Part shown: positions 1-8,636 of the stretch, piece by piece | Layout of the letters: each line of letters begins with the position of its first letter | Position numbering within the stretch: the first letter of the stretch is position 1 | Virus record (IMG/VR): IMGVR_UViG_3300017971_000191 | Origin: a virus | Lineage: Duplodnaviria; Heunggongvirae; Uroviricota; Caudoviricetes | Reading direction: 5' to 3' (one strand) | Length of the DNA: 64,000 bases | Notes under the pieces: model-generated | What the model was told of the DNA's origin: nothing | The model's input: the letters and a program-made list of their open reading frames with translations, nothing else | The model's database searches: none | Translations under genes and position numbers: made by a program

Positions 1-1
1 T

Positions 2-280
2 CTCTGCTTGAACTCCACAGGCGACGATCACGCGGGGATCTCGTTCGAGGATCACCTGCAAGACATGCTTCCTGTCTGGAGGCATCCGCGAGCCGGGCTC
101 GGGCCCGACCTTTGGCGTCGTGTTGTCGTAGTGGATCTCTTCGGAGATCCCGTCCGTGAGCACCCGCAGACGCTGACCGCTACGGCTGGCATGCAGGGCA
201 CGCAGCCATGACTCTCGCGGCCAGGTCCCACGACGGGCGTAGACGGGGCTCCAGGGATTCTGAAGAAAGATCACAATCAT
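2..280 (-). CDS. Partial ORF running off the window; UDG-superfamily-like protein
   Basis: Not in ORF track (no stop in window). Manual translation MIVIFLQNPWSPVYARRGTWPRESWLRALHASRSGQRLRVL...DNTTPKVG...PPDRKHVLQVILERDPRVIVACGVQAE; ending PD..HV..I..P.VIVACG resembles UDG-like folds. Confidence 0.5.
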   Translation of the reverse strand, partial: MIVIFLQNPWSPVYARRGTWPRESWLRALHASRSGQRLRVLTDGISEEIHYDNTTPKVGPEPGSRMPPDRKHVLQVILERDPRVIVACGVQAE

Positions 281-289
281 CGTGGCTTG

Positions 290-895
290 TCAGTCTTCTG
301 CAAGTTCCGGATTCTGCAACGGATCGCTCCGCCAGCACAGGCACTCTCCGCCTTTATGGTGCGGGCAGTCGGGGGCATGGCTACCACCGAACGGTAGCTT
401 CTCATCCTCCTTCTTGTCGGCCACGAATTTTCCGCGATCTCGGGCTCGTTGCCGATCCAGCTCTCGTCTCCTGGCCTCACGATCGCAGATTGCAGCGTCG
501 ATGGCAATCCTCTCCTCAGGGACGGCGATGCCTTTCTCCTTCGCAGCCATAGCATGGGCGGAGCACAACGTCTCGGTGCGAGGATGTTTCAGCTTGCCGT
601 TGCAACAGCGCAGATACATCGGCGTCGGGTCGTTCGGTTGCCAGTGTACGCACAGCTTGGCCGCCGCACAGCGCCCTTCATCGGGGATGCTACAGCGATT
701 GTAGTTGATCCGGTTCTTGTCGGGCACGTCCTTCCAGAGGAGAACTGCCTTACGAGTGGACTCCCGAGGTGGTTTACCGCCACCAGCCGATACGGGAGCG
801 ACCCGGCTCCCGTATCGACCCAGCCAACGAGAGAAGGCCTCCTCCACGCCTCGGGAGATGGCTTCTAAGACCTCTGCCCTGGTTAGTTGAATCAT
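290..895 (-). CDS. Hypothetical protein with Cys/His clusters
   Basis: 201-aa ORF, ATG overlapping upstream stop; C..H and CPHH..C.C motifs. Confidence 0.7.
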   Translation of the reverse strand: MIQLTRAEVLEAISRGVEEAFSRWLGRYGSRVAPVSAGGGKPPRESTRKAVLLWKDVPDKNRINYNRCSIPDEGRCAAAKLCVHWQPNDPTPMYLRCCNGKLKHPRTETLCSAHAMAAKEKGIAVPEERIAIDAAICDREARRRELDRQRARDRGKFVADKKEDEKLPFGGSHAPDCPHHKGGECLCWRSDPLQNPELAED

Positions 896-1392
896 GGTTC
901 GGAACCCTCATCGTCCTCTTCGTTGTTGAACTCGATCGGCTCCATCTCCTGCTCTTCACACTGGGGAGTGAGCCCGCAGAACGGAGTGCCGATCTCGGCC
1001 AGCTCGTAGGCCCAGACGGACTTCACGTGCCGGCACTTGGGGCACCGCCAGAAGGTAAGAGCATCCTGGACCTCGTCCTCTCCAACGACGGCCAACCCGG
1101 CCTCCTTCAGCCGGCGGATGAAACGATCGGCATAGATGCCGGCCTCCGCTTCGTTGGTCACCTCGTCGGTGTGCCAAGCGACGAGAATTTCGCGGAGCTT
1201 CTGCTTGGGTGAGCTATGAATGTCTTCTTCGACGACAACGAAGTCCGACAGCTCGGGCGTACCATACTCGGCCAGCACGCCCACGGTCGACGTAGCCGTC
1301 TTCAGCAGCACGTCCATCGCAGCGGCGATGTCGCCGAGATTGGCAATCTTCTCGTCGTACACGACGTCGATGCTCAGTTGTCCGGTCTTCAT
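892..1392 (-). CDS. Hypothetical protein with CxxC zinc ribbon
   Basis: Start moved to MKTGQLSID (ATG 1392, overlaps upstream stop); CPKCRH and PFCG..C motifs, acidic tail. Confidence 0.75.
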   Translation of the reverse strand: MKTGQLSIDVVYDEKIANLGDIAAAMDVLLKTATSTVGVLAEYGTPELSDFVVVEEDIHSSPKQKLREILVAWHTDEVTNEAEAGIYADRFIRRLKEAGLAVVGEDEVQDALTFWRCPKCRHVKSVWAYELAEIGTPFCGLTPQCEEQEMEPIEFNNEEDDEGSEP

Positions 1393-1919
1393 GTAACCCT
1401 CGTGACCTTGTAGAGGATAGGAACGACCTTGCCGGTCGCGGGGTCCCTCTGTTTGGCGTCGGCGGTGGTACCCCGCCTGACACATCCGCCTTCGTCGCAG
1501 TCCAGGTCCTCGTAAGGCGTGCCGGACTCATGCACCGTCATGGTGAAGAAGGCGTTGTCCCCGGGGATCAGGTCTCCGAGGGGATCGGCGCCGGTGCCGA
1601 CCACGCGGACGGCGAATCGTCGTTCGGACATGGGCATTTCCATGCGTTCCTCCATCAGCTCTGCGCTGAAATGGTTCTGGGCTCGGCGAAGAGCCTCGTC
1701 GAAGGTCTGGTCCGGTACGTCGTGCTTGGCGTCGGCCTGTCTGCACAAGTGCATCAGGTCGGCCAGGAGGTCACCCAGCACCGTCTCCAGACCGTCTTCT
1801 TCGACGGTTAATCCTGTCCGCGCCGCAAAGACCTGGAGGGCTTCCAGGCCCCAGTCGGCCCGCGTCTCGTTGGTGGGAGAGTTGGGGTCGCGCGCCAGGA
1901 TTTCTGGTATCGCACTCAC
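1389..1919 (-). CDS. Conserved-looking phage hypothetical protein
   Basis: GTG at 1919 overlapping upstream TGA; N.TRA.W...AL..F...TG...LGDLLADLMHLC helical pattern common in phage small proteins. Confidence 0.75.
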   Translation of the reverse strand: MSAIPEILARDPNSPTNETRADWGLEALQVFAARTGLTVEEDGLETVLGDLLADLMHLCRQADAKHDVPDQTFDEALRRAQNHFSAELMEERMEMPMSERRFAVRVVGTGADPLGDLIPGDNAFFTMTVHESGTPYEDLDCDEGGCVRRGTTADAKQRDPATGKVVPILYKVTRVT

Positions 1920-2203
1920 AGGCAAGAGATTGTCCTCAGGTTGGGGTCCAAGGCTTGGACGGCCTTGGCCAGTTTCACGGTGGCCTCGATTCGCGGGTCG
2001 TCTTCGTCCCACTGCTCGATCACCTTGTCGACGAACCCCAGGAAGATATGCAACTTCCGCTGCACCAGGCTGGGGTGGTCTAGGGCCATACAACCACCTA
2101 GCTGCCGCATGCGGCGAGCCGACGTGTCGTTGGCGAGATCGCGGACTTTGTCGTCGATCTCTTTGACTTCTGCGGTGATAGGGAGTTCCTTGTTTTCTGC
2201 CAT
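1916..2203 (-). CDS. Hypothetical protein
   Basis: MAENKELP start, about 95 aa, coupled to downstream gene. Confidence 0.65.
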   Translation of the reverse strand: MAENKELPITAEVKEIDDKVRDLANDTSARRMRQLGGCMALDHPSLVQRKLHIFLGFVDKVIEQWDEDDPRIEATVKLAKAVQALDPNLRTISCL

Positions 2204-2859
2204 CGGCTGGGGATCTCCACGTCTTTGTAGCACAGGAGGCATTTGCTGCACGTCCAGCGCTTTCGTTTCTCATCGCCGTGGTCGTACGGGCAGACGAAGT
2301 TGCCTGCCGCATGACGCATCACAGTCTTGGTCTTGTCCCGGAACACGAGGTCCACCTTGAACCTCGGCGGGTCGTCATCGTCGACCATCATGTAGGCCCG
2401 ACGTACACGACCCACGCGAGGCGGGGCACCCGTCTCTCGATCGCAACTGAACCACATGAACACGTTGGGCAGCCGCGCCATCCGTCGAAGGATCGGTAGG
2501 ATCTCTTCGAGCCTCCAGCTCCGCGTGTAGAACCCGAAGTCGGTCTTCGGGCACTTCGTCATGATCGACAGCCACGAGACCGCATACCACGGTTCGTGAA
2601 AGTCGCCCACGACATGCGGGCGGAAGTATTCGGCGCTGACGCGGCGGATCTCCGTGCTCATCCAGTCCACGAAGCCCTCTTGCTCTGCCAGAATGAGGTT
2701 ACGCTTGTGAGCCTCCAAGGCCTTCGGCGAAGCCAGCCGGCCTTTCAACCCGTAGCAGAACATCTCACACAGTCCGGACTTACCTGGGCAGGTGATCCCC
2801 GCGGGGACCGACCACTGCCAAACCCGGAAACCGAGCTTGCGGTTTCCTAGATTGATCAC
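2098..2859 (-). CDS. GP88-family protein (Cys-rich, radical-SAM-like motif)
   Basis: N.KLG...S.PAG.TCPG.S.LC..FCY..KGR, then FRPHVVGDF and F..YTRSW; C-terminal C..C..CY; probable GTG start at 2859. Confidence 0.75.
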   Translation of the reverse strand: MINLGNRKLGFRVWQWSVPAGITCPGKSGLCEMFCYGLKGRLASPKALEAHKRNLILAEQEGFVDWMSTEIRRVSAEYFRPHVVGDFHEPWYAVSWLSIMTKCPKTDFGFYTRSWRLEEILPILRRMARLPNVFMWFSCDRETGAPPRVGRVRRAYMMVDDDDPPRFKVDLVFRDKTKTVMRHAAGNFVCPYDHGDEKRKRWTCSKCLLCYKDVEIPSRWQKTRNSLSPQKSKRSTTKSAISPTTRRLAACGS

Positions 2860-2860
2860 G

Positions 2861-4648
2861 TTATCTCGGAATCTTCCTTGTGGGGACCGGCGTGAGACCG
2901 GGCCCCGTCTTGGTGATCTTGTTGAACTCCTCCTCACGCCGCTCCGCCATCACCGCCTGGTCCTGCTGTTTGAGCTGCTGCCTGGTCAGCCGGCGGTTGT
3001 GCCGCTGGAGGACCTGGGGCAGAGCCCGGAAGCAGTGGGAGATGAAGGTGGCCAGGAACTCTCCCGCGCTGTCGTGAAACAGCTCGTAGAATCCCTGGTC
3101 GTGATCGTGAGTTTCCAGGTCGGGGGTGCGATGGCAGCACTCGTGTAGGTAGAGATCGCCCACCTCGGCGAAGCCCTCCACGGTCAACGTCCGCTTCCCC
3201 AACCACTTGCGGTCGATAGCGACGTAGCTGCGGGCGTCGGTCCAGCCGGCGGCCTTCTCCGACAGCCCGATGACCACCTTGCGGTTGCAGGCCTTGTTGG
3301 GGTTGTCCCGCCGGTAGGTGAAATCGACGTCGTCGTCCGTCTCGTCGACCAGGCGGAGACGCTGCTGGCATCCGCTGATCAGCTCCACCCAGATTTTCTC
3401 GGCCGGGCGGCGCTTGTCCTCGGGGACCAGCTCGTAGGTCTCCTTGAACCCCTGGGCCAGGCTCTCGAAAGGTACCAGCTTCAGAGGCGGGAGGTTGTAG
3501 GGATAGATCAGCCGGGCCCAGTCCACCAGGGACTCCATGTCCTGGCACTCCATCCGGTCGAGTGTCTCCTGGGCCAGCACGAAAGCCAGGCCCTCGCGAT
3601 GGATACGATCGCCGAGGCGGTCTCCCCGCTCGCAGACGGTCAGCTTGTGCCGGTGCTTGTGGCAGGAGAAGACATCGGCGAACTTGTAGTGCCGGCCGGT
3701 GACGGCGGTGAAGAGGTTCATCCCCTGCACCTCGTCCCAGGTGTACTCCCCGGCCTTGACGGCCCTCGACATGCTCTGCCGCTCGGAGTCGTCCCAGGAC
3801 TTCTTCTTCTTGATGGTCCGGGTCCTGGCCCACTGGTTGACGACGGGCTCGACCTTCTTCCAGACGAGGCAGTCCCGCTGGATGTCGTTCCGCGCCATGT
3901 TCACCTTGAACCGCTGGCGGCTGACGACCTCCCCTCCCACGCCGAAATGGCTCTTGTAGAAGTCGCGGACGTGGGCGCCCATGTTGTAGACGCTCAGCTT
4001 GGCCGAGTCGTCCAGGGCGACGTAGGCCTCGTCGAGGACGTGGTCCCACTCGAACTCCTCGGGATCGTGGGAGATCAGCACCGGCTCCTCCTCCTCGACG
4101 GAGAGCCAGACCTCCAGCGGCATCATCCAGCGACACCAGAGCTTCAGCTCCCGGGCCGTCTCAGCCAGGGCGGTGGGAAGCAGGTGGAACTGATCGTACA
4201 GCTCGATCGTGATCTCGCAGCCCTTGACGGGAACCTCGCGGTTGCGAGGGATGAAGCCCATCCGCTTGGAGATGTCCGTCTCCAGGTCCCACATCCCGGT
4301 CCGCCAGACATTGCGGCCGAAGCTGAACATCTGGCCCCGGCCGACACGGAACGTGCCGTAGGTCTTCCGCTTCTTCTCCTCCGCGGATTGGGGTTGGCCT
4401 AGAATCTTGAAGTTCGTTTTGATCTCGTCCATGTCCTTGAAGCCCCTCCCGTCGTCGTTCAACAGGATGCACTTCTGGCTGAGGACTACGTCACATCGTC
4501 CGGCGCCGGCGTCGGCGCTGTTCATAATGCCTTCCAGGGTGGCCTTGGAGACGCTGCCAGCCTGGCGGGTCATGACCTGGTAGAGCAGGTCCTGGTGGGC
4601 CTCGAAGGCCTCGAAGTTTCCGTCGTTATTGACTCTTGCGTCAGGCAT
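2861..4648 (-). CDS. GHKL (Hsp90/MutL-type) ATPase with C-terminal HExxH motif
   Basis: LEGIMNSADAGA (N box), LNDDGRGF (G1 box), GTFRVGR (G2 box); C-terminal LHECCH...HDHDQGF; start MPDARV at 4648. Confidence 0.8.
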   Translation of the reverse strand: MPDARVNNDGNFEAFEAHQDLLYQVMTRQAGSVSKATLEGIMNSADAGAGRCDVVLSQKCILLNDDGRGFKDMDEIKTNFKILGQPQSAEEKKRKTYGTFRVGRGQMFSFGRNVWRTGMWDLETDISKRMGFIPRNREVPVKGCEITIELYDQFHLLPTALAETARELKLWCRWMMPLEVWLSVEEEEPVLISHDPEEFEWDHVLDEAYVALDDSAKLSVYNMGAHVRDFYKSHFGVGGEVVSRQRFKVNMARNDIQRDCLVWKKVEPVVNQWARTRTIKKKKSWDDSERQSMSRAVKAGEYTWDEVQGMNLFTAVTGRHYKFADVFSCHKHRHKLTVCERGDRLGDRIHREGLAFVLAQETLDRMECQDMESLVDWARLIYPYNLPPLKLVPFESLAQGFKETYELVPEDKRRPAEKIWVELISGCQQRLRLVDETDDDVDFTYRRDNPNKACNRKVVIGLSEKAAGWTDARSYVAIDRKWLGKRTLTVEGFAEVGDLYLHECCHRTPDLETHDHDQGFYELFHDSAGEFLATFISHCFRALPQVLQRHNRRLTRQQLKQQDQAVMAERREEEFNKITKTGPGLTPVPTRKIPR

Positions 4649-4862
4649 GTTTTCCTTCTCGCTGGCGACAGGCCTTGCACCACCGATCATCGTCGACCGG
4701 CGAGTCGTCCGCGTACTGGTTTACCCAGCGTCCGCGCCGCCCGCTCGGCTTGTACCCGCAGATGGCCTCGGACTGGGGTCGCGGGATCTTACCGGTCGGG
4801 CCGGCTTCGACTAGATGGACCACGTTTCCACCGTTGGACCTGGCCCTGATGAGCTTGGTCAT
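4641..4862 (-). CDS. Small hypothetical protein (VH...AICG...WCKAC)
   Basis: 73 aa, overlapping stop/start with both neighbours. Confidence 0.65.
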   Translation of the reverse strand: MTKLIRARSNGGNVVHLVEAGPTGKIPRPQSEAICGYKPSGRRGRWVNQYADDSPVDDDRWCKACRQREGKHA

Positions 4863-5578
4863 TGGGGATGGGTCTCCTCGATCTTCCTGTAGATGCCAAG
4901 GTCATTGATGATGTCTTCGGCGACTCCGGCACGCATGGCGTACACGTTGTGCAACTGGCCGTCACAATAGGTCTTCCAGCCAAGCTGGTCGCTCTTCAGT
5001 TCCCAGTCATGGCCTCCCCAGTAGAATCGGCCCCACGCAGCGATGTCGTCGAGGGTGGGGGCGTAACCGAGGTGGACCGCGTTGAGAAGCGTGACGGCCA
5101 TCCGTGCTTCGTTGGCGTAGGCGTTGGTGACCTGGCCGAACTTGACGCCGTCCGGGTCGACCAGGTCGAAATGGAGAGCGTCCCCGGCGTGCCGAAACTC
5201 GTAGCGGCCGGTGGCACTGGTTGCCGGTCTGTCCTCAGTAAGCTGCTCGGGATACTTGGCCTTGATAGCTGCCCACTGCTCGTTGGTTAGTTGGCTACGA
5301 TCTTCGATCCCGTGATCCTCCAGCCACTCGTCCAGGTCCACGTCGACCTCGAAGGGTCCGTGGTGGGCCATGTACTCGGGCAGGTGGTTGGCCAGGTTGT
5401 CGCTGTCGTAGTTGTTCAGCTCGAAGTCAGCGATGTCGTCCGCGGACATCCGCAGGAACTGATCGGTGGCATCGAACTCCGTGTTGCCGCCGCAGTCGGT
5501 GGCGTAATCGCGGACCCAGTGCTGCGGCCGGAAGACGGCCATCAGCCGGGGCGCGTCATTCTTCGGGTTTCCGGCCAC
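4859..5578 (-). CDS. Hypothetical protein
   Basis: 239-aa ORF with RBS; F.PQ.W..DYA...FDAT...H.GPFEV pattern. Confidence 0.75.
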   Translation of the reverse strand: MAGNPKNDAPRLMAVFRPQHWVRDYATDCGGNTEFDATDQFLRMSADDIADFELNNYDSDNLANHLPEYMAHHGPFEVDVDLDEWLEDHGIEDRSQLTNEQWAAIKAKYPEQLTEDRPATSATGRYEFRHAGDALHFDLVDPDGVKFGQVTNAYANEARMAVTLLNAVHLGYAPTLDDIAAWGRFYWGGHDWELKSDQLGWKTYCDGQLHNVYAMRAGVAEDIINDLGIYRKIEETHPQ

Positions 5579-6038
5579 GAAAGGCCTCCTGTGCTGTGTG
5601 CTTCTCTCCCGGCAAGACCGGGATCTCCACCCATTTCCTGCGGATCAGCGGCTTCTTGATGCCGCAGATCTCCACCAGGAACGGGAGTTTGAACTTCGGG
5701 ATCTCCAGGCAGTAGACCCCCCAGGGCTCCTGCATATCGAGGACGGCGCGTTCGTCATGGCCCAGGAGCAACCCGATACCAAACCAGCGTTTGACACCCA
5801 GCTCCGGCTGATAGGCCGGCTTGTGCCCAACGGCTGCCGATTCGTGGTTGTAACCGAAGAAGGGAACTTCGCAGTCGCTGTCTTCGCGAAATTCCGTGTA
5901 ATGAGCCAGAACATCCCATCTACCGAGGTGGCAGTGCGTGAGGTGCTCTAAGGCCCGTGCTCGATCGTTCCAGGCGACGTCACTCCGCTTGCTGCGGATC
6001 TCCACCTCCAGGATGATCGACGCCAGTCGGAGGATCAT
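5556..6038 (-). CDS. Hypothetical protein
   Basis: Start moved to MILRLASII (ATG 6038); coding-like composition. Confidence 0.6.
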   Translation of the reverse strand: MILRLASIILEVEIRSKRSDVAWNDRARALEHLTHCHLGRWDVLAHYTEFREDSDCEVPFFGYNHESAAVGHKPAYQPELGVKRWFGIGLLLGHDERAVLDMQEPWGVYCLEIPKFKLPFLVEICGIKKPLIRRKWVEIPVLPGEKHTAQEAFRGRKPEE

Positions 6039-6597
6039 TGGTGAACTCCTCTGCCGCTTCGGCGTGTTGAAGGTTGTAGAAGTCGACCCATTCGTACCCG
6101 CAAGTCGGGCAGCGCGTGTTGCAGAGGATGGTCGACTCGTCTCCGTCGCTGACCAGCGGCTTGTCGGACTCGATCTCGTCCCCGCCGCATTTGGGGCAGT
6201 GAGCGCCGCGGTGCTCCAGGTAGAAACACAGCTCGTCAGCGGTGATGGGCGCCGGGTTGCCGCTGTCTTCGCGACGAACGACGCCGGGCTGGTTTTCGAG
6301 GTACGCCTCGTAGTTCGAGCAGCACTCGGGACAGTCGAGCCAGTCGTGCTCATGGCTGCCCCATTTATCGCAGGCCCAAGGCGGCCCGGCCGGGGCCTGC
6401 GGTTCCTTCTCGAACAGATCGGGGCGGAACTCTGCAAGAACCCTCTTGAGGACCTTCCTGCCGAGCGTGTTGAAGTCCTCCTCGGGAATCCCTCCACCCA
6501 GGTCGTGGACACACTGAAGCTCGGCTGTCTCGCGGGCGATCCACTCTTCCATGCCGACCTGCCGGTTGGCATCCAGTCGATCGTTGTAGCTGGCCAT
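5980..6597 (-). CDS. Hypothetical protein with CxxC zinc-ribbon motifs
   Basis: CPECC, CPKCG and CPTCG motifs. Confidence 0.75.
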   Translation of the reverse strand: MASYNDRLDANRQVGMEEWIARETAELQCVHDLGGGIPEEDFNTLGRKVLKRVLAEFRPDLFEKEPQAPAGPPWACDKWGSHEHDWLDCPECCSNYEAYLENQPGVVRREDSGNPAPITADELCFYLEHRGAHCPKCGGDEIESDKPLVSDGDESTILCNTRCPTCGYEWVDFYNLQHAEAAEEFTNDPPTGVDHPGGGDPQQAE

Positions 6598-7008
6598 TTA
6601 CTCCTCTTCTTCTGTACCTACGACGTAGCCATCTCGCTGAACTACACCGTTGATGTTGACCTTGCGGACATGCCAGCCGCCGAGCTTGGTGTTGATGTGT
6701 TGGGCCAGCTCGACGTCGGTTATCTCCTTGACCACCACGTTGAGTCCCGGGTAGTTGCCCGGGGCCCAGGAGACCTCCAGGCGAAGATCTTCGCTGAGAC
6801 CCAGCCAGGCGATCAGGTTTCCCGAGTCGGGGCAGATCAGCGCCGTGTTGCCCCGCTCGCAAAACTCGTCGCCGGCACACAACGTCGCGGACATCAAGTC
6901 TGCGGGCGGCCCGTCGCACTCGTGGTGCTCGTTGGTGCGAACTTGCTGCCCGCAGTCGTCACAGAACAGGGTTGCCCCCTGGTCTTCATTCAGGTATCCG
7001 CTGGGCAT
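6598..7008 (-). CDS. Hypothetical protein
   Basis: 136 aa, AAGGAG RBS, CDDCG motif. Confidence 0.7.
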   Translation of the reverse strand: MPSGYLNEDQGATLFCDDCGQQVRTNEHHECDGPPADLMSATLCAGDEFCERGNTALICPDSGNLIAWLGLSEDLRLEVSWAPGNYPGLNVVVKEITDVELAQHINTKLGGWHVRKVNINGVVQRDGYVVGTEEEE

Positions 7009-7042
7009 GGTAGCTCCTTGGGTTCAGCCGACTTGGCGACTT

Positions 7043-7462
7043 CTACGAGAACTCTTCCTCTTCTTCGTAGTCGTCGTCCTCGGAGTCGGAGCCGATCTGG
7101 TTTTCCAGCGTCTCGATGCGGAGGGTCAGCTTGTCCACCAGTTTCTCCAGACGGTAGACACGGTCACGCAGTCGAGTGGTTTTGCTGGGTTTTCGCTTCG
7201 GTGGTCCGTCCGGCCAGGTCAGGCCGTACTGTTCACGATCATTCACCAAGCCAGTAATGTTGGCCCGGTTGACCCGAAACTCGGGTTCCGAGCCAAGAGT
7301 CTCCATGAACTTCTCCGCGACCGCCTCGTAGGTCGGACGGTGCTCATGGACCCAAGCCTGGGTCTTTTCCGACAGCAGCCAGTTCATGACCTGCCAGACC
7401 TGAGGGTTAGTCAGGCGATTTGGGCGCATGCGCTGACTGGGTGCAGCAGTAGCAGTTGACAC
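7043..7462 (-). CDS. Hypothetical protein with coiled coil and acidic tail
   Basis: RLRDRVYRLEKLVDKLTLRIETLE heptads; DSEDDDYEEEEEF end. Confidence 0.7.
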   Translation of the reverse strand: MSTATAAPSQRMRPNRLTNPQVWQVMNWLLSEKTQAWVHEHRPTYEAVAEKFMETLGSEPEFRVNRANITGLVNDREQYGLTWPDGPPKRKPSKTTRLRDRVYRLEKLVDKLTLRIETLENQIGSDSEDDDYEEEEEFS

Positions 7463-7505
7463 AATACCATCCTTTCAGTTGAAATTACGTTCCTGCCGGA
7501 GTTGT

Positions 7506-7970
7506 TCACGGCAGCTTCTTGTACGCCGCCTTCTTTTCCAGCTCAGCTCGCGCGTCGGCCAGCATGGCCGAGAGGGCGAACTCGTAGAAGGGGAAGGCGT
7601 CACCTGCCACGAACGGGCAGGCTTTCATTTCCAAATGGAGGTGGCTGAGATTCTTATGGCCGTCCACGCTTCGCTGGACGAACCACAGGTCACGCAGGAA
7701 ACCGGGTGAGTTCTCGTAGTCGAACCCGATTGCGGCGTGTTGAGAGAACAGCAATGTGTGGATGCACCACCATTCGTTTGCGTCCCTGGAAACCCATTCC
7801 GACGCGCCGATGGCGTCGTCGGTCCACGAGCGGGCCTCGTCCTGGGAGGTGATGTTGCCGTCGAGGATCTCCCCTTCGACACCATCAACGATCTTCTCGA
7901 TCTCCTCCCAGTAGAGGCCGTGGGCTTCCTGACGATCGAGGTCAGTCATTCCCAAAGGATTGGACATCAT
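7506..7970 (-). CDS. Acidic helical protein, Ocr-like (possible DNA mimic)
   Basis: YWEEIEKIV...DE...DDAI...EWV...L.FS.H...FA..AM.AD pattern recalls Ocr-like anti-restriction proteins; start MMSNP at 7970. Confidence 0.45.
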   Translation of the reverse strand: MMSNPLGMTDLDRQEAHGLYWEEIEKIVDGVEGEILDGNITSQDEARSWTDDAIGASEWVSRDANEWWCIHTLLFSQHAAIGFDYENSPGFLRDLWFVQRSVDGHKNLSHLHLEMKACPFVAGDAFPFYEFALSAMLADARAELEKKAAYKKLP

Positions 7971-8617
7971 CCCTTTTTCTGTTGAAGTGGCGGCAGCACA
8001 ATACGACCCTGTTTCACCTCCCATTTGGGCTTGGACGACTTGCTGACGAGGTCGTATATGCGCCGTTTAAGCAGGAACTCGCGACCCAGCGCGGCCTGAA
8101 GAAACTGGGGCGTAGAGACAGCCGTACGCCCGCGGAAGCCTTGCTTCTTGAACGCTGCAACGGCTCTCGCATCGTCAACGTATTCTGCGAAATGCTCGAT
8201 TATCTCGCCGAGTCCCACCCAGCGGCATCGTTTACCGTTACGGGCGTTTGCGGCGATCCACTTGCGGAACGCATTGTAGGTGGGAAGTCGAGCTTCATTA
8301 GCGGCATTGGCCGGCGGCGACGAGGCTTTTAGATACCGTCTCCCGCGTTGGCTGTTGTCGGAGCCTTCTCGGAGCATCCAGCCGCCGTCTTGCATGCTGC
8401 CAAGACGGTCCAGCACAAGCATCCGCCGGCCAAGCCGTTCTTGTTTGTCTCGGTCGTCCGTTCTGCTTTTAAGCTCTTTAGCGTAGCGAGCATAACGTCG
8501 CAGTGCCTCACTGGTTTCAATGAGGTCGTAGCAGAGACGTGCGACCGTATCGACGTCTACGGCAGTGTTTGATGGCACACGCGCGTACACCGCCGCTGTC
8601 GTCAGGCGAGTCTTCAT
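7967..8617 (-). CDS. Basic hypothetical protein
   Basis: 216-aa ORF; codon usage visibly less GC3-biased than neighbours. Confidence 0.65.
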   Translation of the reverse strand: MKTRLTTAAVYARVPSNTAVDVDTVARLCYDLIETSEALRRYARYAKELKSRTDDRDKQERLGRRMLVLDRLGSMQDGGWMLREGSDNSQRGRRYLKASSPPANAANEARLPTYNAFRKWIAANARNGKRCRWVGLGEIIEHFAEYVDDARAVAAFKKQGFRGRTAVSTPQFLQAALGREFLLKRRIYDLVSKSSKPKWEVKQGRIVLPPLQQKKG

Positions 8618-8636
8618 TGATACCTCGTAGTTAAAG

